64,000 bases of DNA, from the NCBI GenBank assembly GCA_963668025.2, contig CAXXTH010000019.1, forward strand, positions 64,001 through 128,000, read 5' to 3'. The first letter of the stretch is position 1; each line of letters begins with the position of its first letter. Below the pieces are notes generated by a model. The model made no database searches, was not told the DNA's origin, and saw only the letters and a program-made list of their open reading frames with translations. A program made the translations under genes and the position numbers. Shown here piece by piece: positions 47,629 through 55,994 of this stretch. The DNA is from Candidatus Hydrogenedentota bacterium. Lineage in GTDB: Bacteria; Hydrogenedentota; Hydrogenedentia; Hydrogenedentales; SLHB01.

Positions 47629-48029
47629 AATTGGCCGCCTCTCCACTCGCCCAACATGACTTTATGCGCTAAGATTTTTCGCGGCAATCACTTCTAGACC
47701 AGCTTTGGCTACCCGCCACGGATTCTTGATAAACGGATTCAAACCATCGATATGCTCGACAGTTCCATACCTGCATCCTTTCCCGTAACCACACCCAGTA
47801 TACCAGACCATCGGGCGATATGCCCGCCACGAGGACAGCTCGAATCGCCCGGTAAACAGAGACAAACCTATTGTCATCCACTAAAACAGCATATTCACGC
47901 CCAGCCCTAGAGACCTCCTTGTTTCTCAAAATGCCACCCCATAATCATCCTCGCGATAGCGGGGCTCCAAAAATGGACTTGGCAAGCCGAAACAAGCAAA
48001 TACCAGCAAGATGCACCAAAGAGGACAAG

Positions 48030-48114
48030 AAAGCGGTAGCAAGCTACCGCACTCCATACGTGCTCTAAGTTTTTTTGTGTAGCTATTTGGAGTGCGGCAG
48101 CTTGCTGCCGCTTT
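48030..48114. repeat. REPIN-like inverted REP doublet
   Basis: AAAGCGGTAGCAAGCTACCGCACTCCA ... TGGAGTGCGGCAGCTTGCTGCCGCTTT. Confidence 0.7.
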
Positions 48115-48222
48115 GGGGGTGCGGCTCCCACTTGAATGTCCTTTTTCGGTTTTATGCCGATGCAAATGACACGGAGCGCATTTTTTGGAAGGCCTCGAAA
48201 GCGATGCTCCAATGGAAATGCC

Positions 48223-48250
48223 CTGGATTCCCGCTTTCGCGGGAATGACA
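48223..48250. repeat. REP-like hairpin CTGGATTCCCGCTTTCGCGGGAATGACA
   Basis: ATTCCCGC-TTTC-GCGGGAAT palindrome; a homologous interrupted copy lies at 33980-34165. Confidence 0.7.
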
Positions 48251-48443
48251 CAGTGTTAGTACATTGCATTTCCGCCGCACTCTCATGTCCGGCGCTCTGG
48301 GGAGAGGCTGGCTCCACTGGCGCGGCCCCCAGAAGCTTGTTTGGAGCATGTACACCCATCAGTGGAAGGCGGCGGGAAGACGAATCACACTGGGGCATAG
48401 GAATCGCCAACTATGAGTGCCGCCGGAAGCCCTGGAATCCCGC

Positions 48444-48509
48444 TATGGCGAATCAATCTGCAAGGGCGGAAGGCACTCCTCGGTTGGGATGCCTTTTTTG
48501 TGCGTGGTG
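48444..48509. repeat. ~65-bp direct repeat, copy 1 (copy 2 at 49265-49329)
   Basis: GCGAATCAATCT...GGGCGGAAGGCACTCCTCGGTTGGGATGCCT shared. Confidence 0.8.
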
Positions 48510-48529
48510 TTCTGCATTTCCGGAATCTT

Positions 48530-49039
48530 CTACCAGAAGAACTGCCTCGGGGGGTACTGTCCTGTGAACAACCTCTCTCCGTAGCAAATGGCGCGTTTGC
48601 AGCGCCAATGATCGTGGGCATCGCAAGACGCTGTCAGGACTTGGTAGGCGCTCTTGGCGTCGTTTTCACCAAGCTTAAACGCAGCCTGCATCAGTAAAAA
48701 CAGAGCTTCGCTGCGAGATGATTGTGGTGTCACTGCTTGGGCTAATGTCAGGGCTTCCGTTAGCGCTTTACGTGCCTCAGAAGCGAGCCCTCTTTCTGCC
48801 AATGCGGAGATCTCCCACGCGCGAACCGCCGACCTCTTGTAATCGTCATCACAATCCGCTGCGGCCTTTCCCGCCTCGACTGCAAACGGGATCGGGTCGG
48901 AATCGGCGTATCTGGCAACCCACGACAGCGCCTGGGCTCGAAACCATGGGTCCGCTATCTCGCGTGCTTGAATCAACGCCTCACGGGGACTCACCTTGGC
49001 GAGATTGCATACCTCGTCGCGTTGTGTCGTCGCGCTCAT
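48530..49039 (-). CDS. Hypothetical alpha-helical repeat protein (cassette-like gene)
   Basis: GGAGG RBS, Ala-rich helical repeats; followed by an attC R''-like GCAGAAC. Confidence 0.7.
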   Translation of the reverse strand: MSATTQRDEVCNLAKVSPREALIQAREIADPWFRAQALSWVARYADSDPIPFAVEAGKAAADCDDDYKRSAVRAWEISALAERGLASEARKALTEALTLAQAVTPQSSRSEALFLLMQAAFKLGENDAKSAYQVLTASCDAHDHWRCKRAICYGERLFTGQYPPRQFFW

Positions 49040-49127
49040 GCCTTGCCTCCAAAATGACAAACAGGAATCAATACTAGAAACAGCGCCGAAAATAACACGA
49101 CGAGAATGCTTAGGAGTGTATGCATAT

Positions 49128-49186
49128 GGCTAACCTCATGGATCGAGCGCGGCGGTCACACCGTCGCCAGAAGCCGGTTGTTCGAC
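49128..49186 (-). mobile_element. attC site (59 bp)
   Basis: Minus strand GTCGAAC-AACCGG...-GTTAGCC with an internal imperfect palindrome. Confidence 0.6.
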
Positions 49187-49326
49187 GTCCGTTCCTGGCG
49201 TATAGATCATCAATACTTACCATAAGGCTTCAGTGGCGTTCATCTCACAGAACTCTATCATCGGTATAGCGAATCAATCTACAGGGCGGAAGGCACTCCT
49301 CGGTTGGGATGCCTCCTTTGCGCGTG

Positions 49327-49407
49327 ATGCAACACCCTTACCTCACGACAGGTGAAGGACGCTATCTGCGTCGGCCTTTACTTGTCTTGTGCAGATGGTT
49401 GTTGGGC
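49327..49407 (-). mobile_element. attC site (81 bp)
   Basis: Minus strand GCCCAAC AACCATCTGCAC ... GTGAGGTAAGGGT GTTGCAT, overlapping the 3' end of the DUF4145 gene. Confidence 0.65.
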
Positions 49408-50058
49408 TTCGTCAGTCTTTGCTCTTCGCTTCTGTAATGACTCAAAGCGTTTTGTGAGTGAGAACACGTAGATCAGAATGGCCTCGGTGAAGTCGAGGAC
49501 ATCGCGTGCATCTTCTTTGGTAACCGGGGTATCAATGTCGTGGGCTGCCTCATTCCCAATCAGGCGCACTTGGTGCGCCCAGTTCAATAAACGAGAGTCA
49601 ATATGTCCCTCTTCATGAAGTTTCCCGAGGCGTGCGTTTAGATCTCGGCCCTTGGTGTCGAAAATCTTGCAGATAGCCTCCAAACATTTTCGTGACATCA
49701 GAACACACGGCTCGAACAGGGAGGCATGTAGCGATCGGGCAGCCTGGTCGTACGCTGTCTTGACGCTCTCCGGAAGCTTCTCTGGAAGCAGTTTGGATTC
49801 ACCGGGGTAGAGAACTGTCTCTTCAGTGAAGTTCTCGAATTCACCAGGGATGCCATAGAGGGACTGCCTCACCAAGAAAGGTTGGTTGCAGCGACGACAA
49901 AGACAGACCGAGTAACGCTCCCCGTGGTACTCCGTGTCAACCTCGTCAATTGGGTTGACCGCGTCGCTACGAAACTCGGCGAATCCCTCAGCGATCACCT
50001 TCGCCTCTACAAGGATGTTGCACTGCGGGCAAAAGACGTCGAAACTTGATTCACCCAT
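49378..50058 (-). CDS. DUF4145 (HEPN-like) protein with N-terminal Zn ribbon; cassette gene
   Basis: AGGAGA RBS, CPQC...CRRC, MSRKCLEAIC, VRLIGNEAAH (R-x3-N-x3-H). Confidence 0.82.
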   Translation of the reverse strand: MGESSFDVFCPQCNILVEAKVIAEGFAEFRSDAVNPIDEVDTEYHGERYSVCLCRRCNQPFLVRQSLYGIPGEFENFTEETVLYPGESKLLPEKLPESVKTAYDQAARSLHASLFEPCVLMSRKCLEAICKIFDTKGRDLNARLGKLHEEGHIDSRLLNWAHQVRLIGNEAAHDIDTPVTKEDARDVLDFTEAILIYVFSLTKRFESLQKRRAKTDEAQQPSAQDK

Positions 50059-50081
50059 CTGGTCATCTCTCCTCTTTCCCT

Positions 50082-50207
50082 TCTCAACGACAATGGTGAG
50101 CGACCACTGCCGACAGGAACAGTGGAGCGCACCAAGCACTCTCGAATGCCAGACCAGTATCGAGCGGAAGCGCTGGGTGGCGATTCCGCTCCACCCGCTG
50201 GTTAACC
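50082..50207 (-). mobile_element. attC site (126 bp)
   Basis: Minus strand GGTTAAC CAGCGGGTGGAGCGGA ... TCGCTCACC ATTGTC GTTGAGA. An upstream membrane-protein fragment reads through it (NQRVERN...VAHHCR*). Confidence 0.65.
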
Positions 50208-50393
50208 GTTCTGCGCGCGCGTGCGCACATAGACCCGAAGCAAAAGCCCCCACATGACAACAATTGTGAAAACCGATAGGATAATCGCTAACAGGGTCGG
50301 TACGCCGGTAATTAGTCTCGAGTTAATGCTATCCGTTGGGGCTGCCGTCCACGGCGGCCTTACCAGAGTTGCGTTCGATCCAGTTGTTGGCGT

Positions 50394-51257
50394 TTACCAA
50401 TTTCCCGATGTCTTCAGATCATCCCTCATGGTCTCGACCTGGTTCCCGAGCTCGTTCAGCGAGGCAGTAAGCTCAGCATGGTTGTCCTTCGGGCTGTATA
50501 GGATTACTTTCAGGTTCATCGTGTCCTCGACGATACGGATTACATCGGCATGTAGGGAACCCTTCGGGATTACGAGGACATGACTCCGTGACGAAGGGTG
50601 TCGGAAGAATGCGTCCTCGAGCAGCAGAGCAACATCCGGATCGCTCACGCCACACCCGAGGAAGACAAACGTATGAGTCATTGCGAGGGCGTCGAGCACT
50701 TGGTAGAAGAGGCGATACTTATTCCTGGCCTTTGCATACTCCGACCGTGTGAAGATCATACGGTCCGGAGAGTCGATTGATCCGTGGATTTTGAGAACCA
50801 GCCGACCGTCTTCACGTATTGCATCAGTAACATCAGGATCGAAGTGATGTTTCACCACGATCGATGCGTTTGCCGCATGGTTCGCATAGACCTCGTAGAT
50901 TTTGTCGAAGTTCGGCGTAGCAACGATTCGCGAGTCAAGTCGGAAGATGTATTCATGGATCGGCGCGTATTGATAGCCGGGCGTGAGGAATTCGTCGCGC
51001 ACCAACTGTATAAAGTCATCTCTCCTGAGGCGATCTTTGATCACTTCACAGGCCGTCAGATAGTCCTTCTGATTGAGGAGCTTCCGTATGTGGGCGTTGG
51101 GATTCACACTGGCACATGCATCACGCAAGAAGGTCTCCCAGGTCTTCGGTATGCGTCCCATGGTGTTCGTTGAATTGCGTGAGATCCCTGCTCCAAGAAA
51201 GATCACGGATCTGCGGCGAGCGACGTCCTTGATGAGCTGTTGAGGCCAGATGATCAT
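50394..51257 (-). CDS. Stand-alone SIR2-like (SIR2_2) NAD+-cleaving domain protein
   Basis: FLGAGIS, TPNFD, LKIHGS, FVFLGCGVSDPD; ATGA overlap with the parA-like gene. Confidence 0.88.
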   Translation of the reverse strand: MIIWPQQLIKDVARRRSVIFLGAGISRNSTNTMGRIPKTWETFLRDACASVNPNAHIRKLLNQKDYLTACEVIKDRLRRDDFIQLVRDEFLTPGYQYAPIHEYIFRLDSRIVATPNFDKIYEVYANHAANASIVVKHHFDPDVTDAIREDGRLVLKIHGSIDSPDRMIFTRSEYAKARNKYRLFYQVLDALAMTHTFVFLGCGVSDPDVALLLEDAFFRHPSSRSHVLVIPKGSLHADVIRIVEDTMNLKVILYSPKDNHAELTASLNELGNQVETMRDDLKTSGNW

Positions 51258-52261
51258 ATGTTTGCCTCCAAATTGGCGGCCAGTTGCTCGGCGATCTTTG
51301 AGTAGATCCGCTCGGTATCTTTCACTTTCGCAAAATGCGCACCCACAACACCATCGGAACCTTTGAGCTTGAAGATTGGAGCGTGCGCCGATTGCGAGAG
51401 GGGAACCACGCTATGTAGGTTTGGAATTTCTCCCAGCTTGTAGAGAGCCGCCGATCCTAAAGACGAGAAATTCTCTATCAATTCCTTCTTGATCAGCGCA
51501 GGACCATTCCGGAGTATCTTGTCATAAGCCGATACAGGTTGGCGAACTCCACGTACACGCTTGGCAGTATATTGCTGTGTGATGTAGCCTATGAACTGAA
51601 GCTGCCAGGAGACGGGTTCGCTTGCAACAGCGTAGGGCTGTCCTTCTTCAGTCTCGTAATCGGCCAGTCCCTTCTCCAGTCCACGGCGCCACTTCTTGAG
51701 CGCAGTGGCGATATTCGATATTGCCATGATGCTGAAAATGTCGGACGACATTGGCATGAGAAAGAAATCAGACGCAATGAGCACCGCGCGGTTGAGTGCA
51801 CCTAAGGATGGACCGACATCAAACAGGACAATGTCGTAACCGATCATTTGTTGAAGTAAACCTTTGAAGACCAATGATGTCTGTAGTCCGCGAGGGTCGC
51901 CTCCAGCGCCACTTGTCCAATCCGAAGCAAGGAGGTCTTCGGATAGGGCAAGCCTTGGATCCCCCGGGACAAGATCGAATCCGAACCGTGGAGTAGTCAC
52001 AGGTGTGTATGTGGTCTCCATGTACCCCTTACCACGGCGTAGTGGATCGAAGAAGGCATCGATCGTTGCGCCTCGCGGAGAGGCGTACAGTTCCTGCACA
52101 TCGCTTTCTGGTAGAGAGTAGACTGTGGCGTTACATTGTGGGTCCGCGTCGACGACCAGGACGCGTTTTCCTAGAACGAGCTTGAAGTAAGCTCCGAGAT
52201 TGCACAGGAACGTAGTCTTCCCGACACCGCCTTTGTTGTTAAATACCACGATACTTTTCAC
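51254..52261 (-). CDS. ParA/MinD-family ATPase (no parB)
   Basis: AAGGAGG RBS; deviant Walker A NNKGGVGKTT, VDADPQCN, DVGPSLG. Confidence 0.9.
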   Translation of the reverse strand: MKSIVVFNNKGGVGKTTFLCNLGAYFKLVLGKRVLVVDADPQCNATVYSLPESDVQELYASPRGATIDAFFDPLRRGKGYMETTYTPVTTPRFGFDLVPGDPRLALSEDLLASDWTSGAGGDPRGLQTSLVFKGLLQQMIGYDIVLFDVGPSLGALNRAVLIASDFFLMPMSSDIFSIMAISNIATALKKWRRGLEKGLADYETEEGQPYAVASEPVSWQLQFIGYITQQYTAKRVRGVRQPVSAYDKILRNGPALIKKELIENFSSLGSAALYKLGEIPNLHSVVPLSQSAHAPIFKLKGSDGVVGAHFAKVKDTERIYSKIAEQLAANLEANI

Positions 52262-52756
52262 ATATGCCTCCTTGTTCTGCCTCTTGCCAGCAGTGGTTAT
52301 ATAGTTTCGTCATAGCATCTTTAGGTCGCAACATCGCGTCAAAAGATCCCTCCGACCGCGCTGGCATAAAGCCTGTATTTGCAGAGCATTGAATCATGCT
52401 CTGCAATGGACGCAGGGGGGATATATGGTTTCTGTGTAACACCCTTTCGTTCTCCGCTCTACAAATTGTCCACGGGACTCCTGACGCCCTTGACGCTATC
52501 GAGAAGTGGTGTGGCGGATGAATGCGGGAGAATAAGTTGTGTTGAAACAGGATTGAGATCTTCTCCATAAGGCCGTTCCCCTTGGGCAGCCCGGAGGGCT
52601 GCACTGTATTCTCCGTGTTCCGATGTCGGCATAGTATACCCCTATATGGCACGGAGGCAACAGGCGGGGGTGTTGAAGACAGCCAAACAAGCGCGGCTCC
52701 AGCGCCCTCGCCGGCCACCAGACGAAATGTAATGCTCTAGCGGAATGAAGCAAGAG

Positions 52757-52990
52757 TTTTTTTAGACATGATTTACAAGATTAACAAGATTGGACAAGAT
52801 CGCAACAATTTTTTTATTAAGCAAACCATGAAAAGAGCGAGCATGTTTTTCTTCTTGTAGCGGAATTGCCATCAAAAAATCTTGTCAATCTTGTAAATCA
52901 TGTCTAAAAAATCTCCCATAAATGGAAGTTTGCCATGTATTCGCGGTTCAAAAATCGGCCCAAGGCTTTTACTCCAGATGGCTAAATTAT
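52757..52990 (-). repeat. Dispersed composite repeat, copy B (reverse orientation), with ACAAGATT 9-mer inverted arms
   Basis: TTTAGACATGATTTACAAGATT ... AATCTTGTAAATCATGTCTAAA; ends in ACTCCAGATGGCTAAAT, matching 14339-14360 in reverse. Confidence 0.65.
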
Positions 52991-53127
52991 TGCGACGAAA
53001 TATAGCGTATCAATACCGTTGCAGCGCAATAAGCAAGGGCAAAAAGACAGCAGATGCTACTTCAGGTGGCTAACGTATTGCCGATATTTTTGCATGCAAA
53101 TCCACTTCGATGCTTTTTTAGGGGATA

Positions 53128-54186
53128 TCACACATTAAACCGGAACAGCACGATGTCCCCATCTTGCATGATATATTCTTTGCCTTCGAGGCGGACATGG
53201 CCCGCTTCGCGCGCCTTGGCCATCGAGCCCGCCGCGATGAAGTCTTTGTAGGCCACGGTTTCCGAGCGGATGAATCCGCGCTGGATGTCGCTGTGGATCA
53301 CGCCTGCCGCCTCGACAGCCTTCATACCCTTGCGGATGGTCCAGGCGCGCACTTCCGGCTCGCCCGCCGTGAGGAAGCTCATCAGGCCCAGCATACTGTA
53401 GGCCGTCTGGAGAAACCGCGTGCGCGATTCTTCGCCCAGGCCCAGTTCCTCCCGAAATGCGGCGCGCTCTTCTTCGGGCAGGCGCGACACTTCCATCTCC
53501 ATTTCGCCGCACAGTGCGATCAGGGCCTGGCCCGACTCCGCCGCATAGGCATCCAGGCCGGAAGGCTCATCGTTACCGATGGACTCTTCGCCGTAGTTTC
53601 CCAAGAGCATCAAGGGCTTTTGAGAGAGGAACTCGAAACCTTTGATCTCCTTCGCTTCTTGGGGGGATAGCTCGAGCGTCCGCAGCGAACGCCCCGCCTC
53701 GATATGCTCGCGGGCGCGAAGCAACACCTCGAATTCCGTGTCCTTCTTGTTTTCCTTCGCCATGCGTTCGAGGCGTTTCTCGATGATGATCAAATCGGCG
53801 ATCTGAAGCTCTTCCTCGAGGGCCTTGCAGTCGCGGACGGGATTCACCTCCCCCACGGGATGCATGACTTCTTCATTCTCGAAGGCGCGCACCACGTGGA
53901 CCAGGGCGTCCACATTCTTGAGCAGCGTCATGGCGGCGGCATCGAGGGCCTTTTCCTGGCCGCCCGATTCGCTCGGGGCCACATCGACGAACTGGAATTC
54001 GGCGTAGGTGATTTTCTTCGGCTTATGGATCTGGGCGAGCCGGTCCACCCGTTCATCCGGCACTTTCAGCACCGCCACATTGGCGTCGCGGCTGCCAAAA
54101 GCGCCCACTTCCGCGTGGGCCCCGGTCAATGCGTTAAACACAGTGGTCTTGCCCGAACGGGCGAATCCGATAATGCCAGCTTTCAT
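53128..54186 (-). CDS. ychF: Obg-family ATPase YchF
   Basis: G1 GFARSGKTT, VPDERVD, HVVRAF, TGS domain AGVIHSDIQRGFI...EGKEYIMQDGD...FRFNV. Confidence 0.9.
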   Translation of the reverse strand: MKAGIIGFARSGKTTVFNALTGAHAEVGAFGSRDANVAVLKVPDERVDRLAQIHKPKKITYAEFQFVDVAPSESGGQEKALDAAAMTLLKNVDALVHVVRAFENEEVMHPVGEVNPVRDCKALEEELQIADLIIIEKRLERMAKENKKDTEFEVLLRAREHIEAGRSLRTLELSPQEAKEIKGFEFLSQKPLMLLGNYGEESIGNDEPSGLDAYAAESGQALIALCGEMEMEVSRLPEEERAAFREELGLGEESRTRFLQTAYSMLGLMSFLTAGEPEVRAWTIRKGMKAVEAAGVIHSDIQRGFIRSETVAYKDFIAAGSMAKAREAGHVRLEGKEYIMQDGDIVLFRFNV

Positions 54187-54371
54187 GGTTCTTCCTTCCG
54201 CTTTGTAAAAAAAACATGGTAACAGTGGAGGAGCGGAAAGCGCAATACGGCTGCAATTACCCAAATCCGCACGTAACAATTATAATGGCTACAAACACGA
54301 AGCCAGCAGGTGATGTGCAACGCGGCGCACATGAAAAAACGGCATCGTATTGCCCCGGAAACTCGGGCGCG

Positions 54372-55808
54372 CTATTCGTAGCTTTTTCGCATGGTCGTCG
54401 AGAGGATGCCCATGGCTTCACGGTATTTCGTGACCGTTCTCCGGGCGATGTTGATATCTTGCTTCTTGAGCAAATCCGCGATTTTTTGATCGCTCAGCGG
54501 CTTCTGTTTGTTTTCCTCATCCACGAGTTTCTTGATCATGGACTGGACGCTCTTCGAGGATTGCTCTTCTTCTCCGCTATCACGGCGCAAGCCGGGTGAG
54601 AAGAAATATTTCATCTCGAAAAGACCCTGGGGCGTCTGCATATATTTCCCTCGGGTGGTCCGGCTCACGGTGGCTTCGTGGACGCCTACTTTGTCCGCGA
54701 TTTCCTGCAAGGTGAGGGGCTTGATGGCTTCGACGCCCCGCTCGAAGAAATCCTGCTGCACATCCACGATGGCTTGGGCGATGCGCAGAATCGTATGCTG
54801 GCGCTGCTGGATGTTGCGGATGAGCCATTTGGCCGACTCGACCTTTTCGCGGATGTATTGTTTCTCTTCGCGCCCCAGGTTTTTATCACGGGCCATTTGC
54901 TGATACCGGCCATTGATGCGCAGTTCGGGGATCGTTTCATTCGAGAGATAGGCGGCAAATTCGCCGGATTCCTCGTCTTTCTCGACGATCACATCGGGAG
55001 TCACATACTGCGGCGGATCAGAGGAATACTCGAGGCCGGGCCAGGGGTCCAGCGTGGCGAGCATCTTCTGTAATTCCTCGACGCGTTCCGGGGTGATCTG
55101 CATGGCCTTCGCGATTTTGAGGATTTGGCGGCGCTCGAGTTCTTCAAGATGCTCGGACACCAGCACACGCAATTCGTTTTCGTCTGGAAACTCGACATTG
55201 AGCTGGATTAATAAGCACTCGATGATATCCCGCGCGCCCACGCCCGTAGGCTCGAAATGCTGGATGCGGTGCAAGATACGCTCGACCTGCTCCGGCGTAG
55301 CGCCGAGTTCGCCCGCGATTTCATCGATGGAACCCGTGAAATACCCCTTGTCATTGATATCGCCGATAAGGCGTTCGCCAATGGCGTAGCCTTGTTCATC
55401 CATTGACAGCATGCGCAATTGAGTGAGCAGCATGGATGTGAACGATTCTTCCCGCGTAATCGAGTTTTCGTAGTAATCCCGGCGCGCGTCGGCGTCGGGA
55501 TTGCGGCTCAGGTCGCGGCCTTCCTTCGCGTAGTCATTCCATCGCTCATGGTAGTCATCCAAGTCGAAGCCCACATCGTCGAAGGTCTCCGTGTCCTTCG
55601 TCGTGGTGGTCGCCTGCGGCATCTCGCGGGGCGGTTCTGGCTCCTTGGCTTGTTGGTCGAGAAGCGGATTGGTTTCGAGTTCCTGCTGGATATAGTTTTC
55701 AAGCTCCAGCCCGGAGAGCTGCAAGATTTGGATCGCTTGCTGCATCTTCTGGGTCAGCATCAGGCGCTGGGTTTGCGTCTGCGCAAGCCGGTGCTCCATG
55801 TTCATCAT
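54372..55808 (-). CDS. rpoN: RNA polymerase sigma-54 factor
   Basis: Gln-rich region I, EPTGVGAR, HEATVSR, RpoN box ARRTVTKYRE. Confidence 0.96.
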   Translation of the reverse strand: MMNMEHRLAQTQTQRLMLTQKMQQAIQILQLSGLELENYIQQELETNPLLDQQAKEPEPPREMPQATTTTKDTETFDDVGFDLDDYHERWNDYAKEGRDLSRNPDADARRDYYENSITREESFTSMLLTQLRMLSMDEQGYAIGERLIGDINDKGYFTGSIDEIAGELGATPEQVERILHRIQHFEPTGVGARDIIECLLIQLNVEFPDENELRVLVSEHLEELERRQILKIAKAMQITPERVEELQKMLATLDPWPGLEYSSDPPQYVTPDVIVEKDEESGEFAAYLSNETIPELRINGRYQQMARDKNLGREEKQYIREKVESAKWLIRNIQQRQHTILRIAQAIVDVQQDFFERGVEAIKPLTLQEIADKVGVHEATVSRTTRGKYMQTPQGLFEMKYFFSPGLRRDSGEEEQSSKSVQSMIKKLVDEENKQKPLSDQKIADLLKKQDINIARRTVTKYREAMGILSTTMRKSYE

Positions 55809-55826
55809 ATGGTGGAATCTCCCTTT

Positions 55827-55870
55827 AGCAATTCGCGTGCCATTTTACAGCAGAATACCCCCAAAGTCAA
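55827..55870 (-). promoter_or_regulatory. rpoN control region: sigma70 promoter TTGACT-17-TAAAAT directly followed by the sigma54 -24/-12 site TGGCACGCGAATTGCT
   Basis: Read directly on the minus strand. Confidence 0.75.
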
Positions 55871-55899
55871 TTGATAAAACCCAGGAGGCGTGGTATAAT
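55871..55899 (+). promoter_or_regulatory. Divergent sigma70 promoter TTGATA-17-(TGG)TATAAT
   Basis: Extended -10; its -35 directly abuts the rpoN -35. Confidence 0.6.
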
Positions 55900-55994
55900 T
55901 GTCCTTGTAGATTCTTTATATGTCATTGATTTTAAATGAGTTATGATGGCCTGGCCTTGCTGTTCCAGCCATGGCCTAACAAGGCCCGAAGGGG

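Noticed and set aside
47662-47929. Short minus-strand ORFs upstream of the DHH gene
   Set aside because: No clear RBS or recognisable motif; possibly a gene fragment, but not supportable.
50394-52700. Retron or plasmid partition locus
   Set aside because: No reverse transcriptase, parB, parS array or rep gene in the window.
52239-52718. 159-aa ORF overlapping the parA leader
   Set aside because: It begins inside the attC-like half-site, has no RBS and has atypical composition.
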